Positions 62,646 to 64,000 of a DNA stretch of 64,000 nucleotides are shown one piece after another. How positions within the stretch are numbered: position 1 is the stretch's first letter; each line of letters begins with the position of its first letter. The notes below the pieces were generated by a model that was not told the origin of the DNA, made no database searches, and worked only from the letters and a program-made list of their open reading frames with translations. Position numbers and translations under genes: made by a program. The stretch spans positions 1,677,884 to 1,741,883 of the forward strand of contig MU054001.1 in the NCBI GenBank assembly GCA_013239625.1, in the 5' to 3' direction. Source of the DNA: Lama guanicoe (lineage: Eukaryota).

Positions 62646-63059
62646 CTCAAGCCACTCTAAAAACTGGCTCTATGACTTGAGAACTCTAGAACAAACTCAA
62701 CCCACTCAACCAAATTTCCTCTTGTTTTTCTATTTTGGTGTCTTCATACTTTGTCCTCTGCATAGAAGGCTATCTGTATCTCCAACTTCACCATCAAAAT
62801 CCTACCCACTGTTCCAGACCTATTTCTACTTATTCCATGGAATCTTACCTAATTGGCTCATAAGTCCTACGTTTCTATTACCTTTTGCATTCATACATGC
62901 CTCTCCCTGACTGTACTTACTGTAAGCTCTCAAAAGACAGTGACTGTGGATTTGGGGTTTTTTGGTTTGTTTCTTTTTAATATTTGTGTCCTACTTAGTA
63001 CCTAACAAAGCAGTTCATACAGTAAGCTCTCGATAAGTACTCAGTGACAAATTTGAAAG

Positions 63060-63340
63060 ACTAGTGTGTGAGATGCAGTACTGAGTCGTGGTAAAGCACA
63101 TTCTGCAGGCAGGCTGCGTAGGCAGACTACCTAAGTTTCAGCAAGAGCTCCACACTTACTAAACTGTACGACCTCAGCCAAATTCCTTAGCCTCTCAAGG
63201 GCTTATTTCCCCCACCCGTAATAACAGTATCAACCTCGTAAAGCTGTCATAGCGACTAGCTGAAGTAATACAAGTTTAAGTCTTAGAAGAGTCCCTGCCC
63301 AATAATAAATGCTCAGTAAATGGTGTACATTATTATCACT
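63060..63340. mobile_element. MIR
   Basis: gctccacacttactaaactgt...aataaatgctcagtaaatgg. Confidence 0.65.
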
Positions 63341-63375
63341 GGTATTAGCCAAAAGTACTAATAAAAAGTACACAG

Positions 63376-63610
63376 GGTGAAGGGGGAGGGATAAATTAGG
63401 AGTTTGGGATTAGCAGATACAAACTACTATATATAAAATTATAAACAAGGCCCTACTGTATAGCACAAGGAACTATATTCAGTATCTTGTAATAACCAAT
63501 AATGAAAAAGAACATAAAAAAGAATATACATACACACATAACTGAATCAGTATACTGTACACCAGAAGCTAACACACCATACATAAGTCAACCACACTTC
63601 AATTAAAAAA
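63376..63610 (+). mobile_element. L1 3'-end fragment
   Basis: gggataaattaggagtttgggattagcagatacaaactacta. Confidence 0.8.
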
Positions 63611-64000
63611 TTTTAAAGAAATTACCATAAAGTTTTTAAAAAATGATAGTGATACAAATATAAAATTTTTAAAGTTATCTTATAAGTTTCTTAATTAGAA
63701 TAAAGTAGTATATACACCCTAATAAACATCAATGCAAATACAATCTGAAATTATTTTCTACAACACTCCAAAGAAAGAAGTCTTTCTATAAATGATCGTA
63801 TCAGCCTCACCCAGACTCAAAAACAACTTCTATCCAAACTTTAGAATACTTAATTATAAATAGACAATTCCCAAAACTGCAAGCACACTAAACCAGCTGC
63901 TTCTATATCAGCGGCTCAACTACAAAAAAATGTACACTGTTTTCTTTTTTTGCTTTTCTTTTTTTTTGCATTCTTTTTTATTAAAGTATTGTCAGTTACA

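Overview
Mammalian genomic window, probably camelid, judging from tRNA-derived SINEs beginning GGGGAGGGTATAGCTCAGTGGTAGAG that resemble Vic-1. It covers the tail-to-tail AKTIP/RBL2 locus. About 1-17.5 kb is repeat-rich intergenic DNA (L1, L2, LTR, SINE). A CpG-island promoter (~17.7-19.1 kb) drives AKTIP on the + strand: a non-coding exon 1 plus 9 coding exons, 21086-27096, 292/293 aa, a catalytically dead E2/UEV protein. RBL2 (p130) lies on the - strand; exons 4-22 (61406 down to 29115) were reconstructed with canonical GT-AG sites and an intact frame, and exons 1-3 lie beyond the window. Almost all short ORFs in the track are spurious or L1 remnants. No wholly new gene system is evident. The best leads are: (1) a duplicated ETS + p53-response-element module with strong splice donors in RBL2 intron 4, suggesting a p53-inducible internal promoter for an N-truncated p130; (2) a near-perfect 142-bp tandem duplication of AKTIP exon 1 that doubles a uORF; (3) a uORF whose stop overlaps the AKTIP start codon; (4) an isolated perfect 35-bp direct repeat 1.8 kb apart; (5) convergent, possibly overlapping 3'UTRs that each carry two miR-17-family sites. 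Exon numbering and repeat family names come from recalled orthology and were not database-verified.
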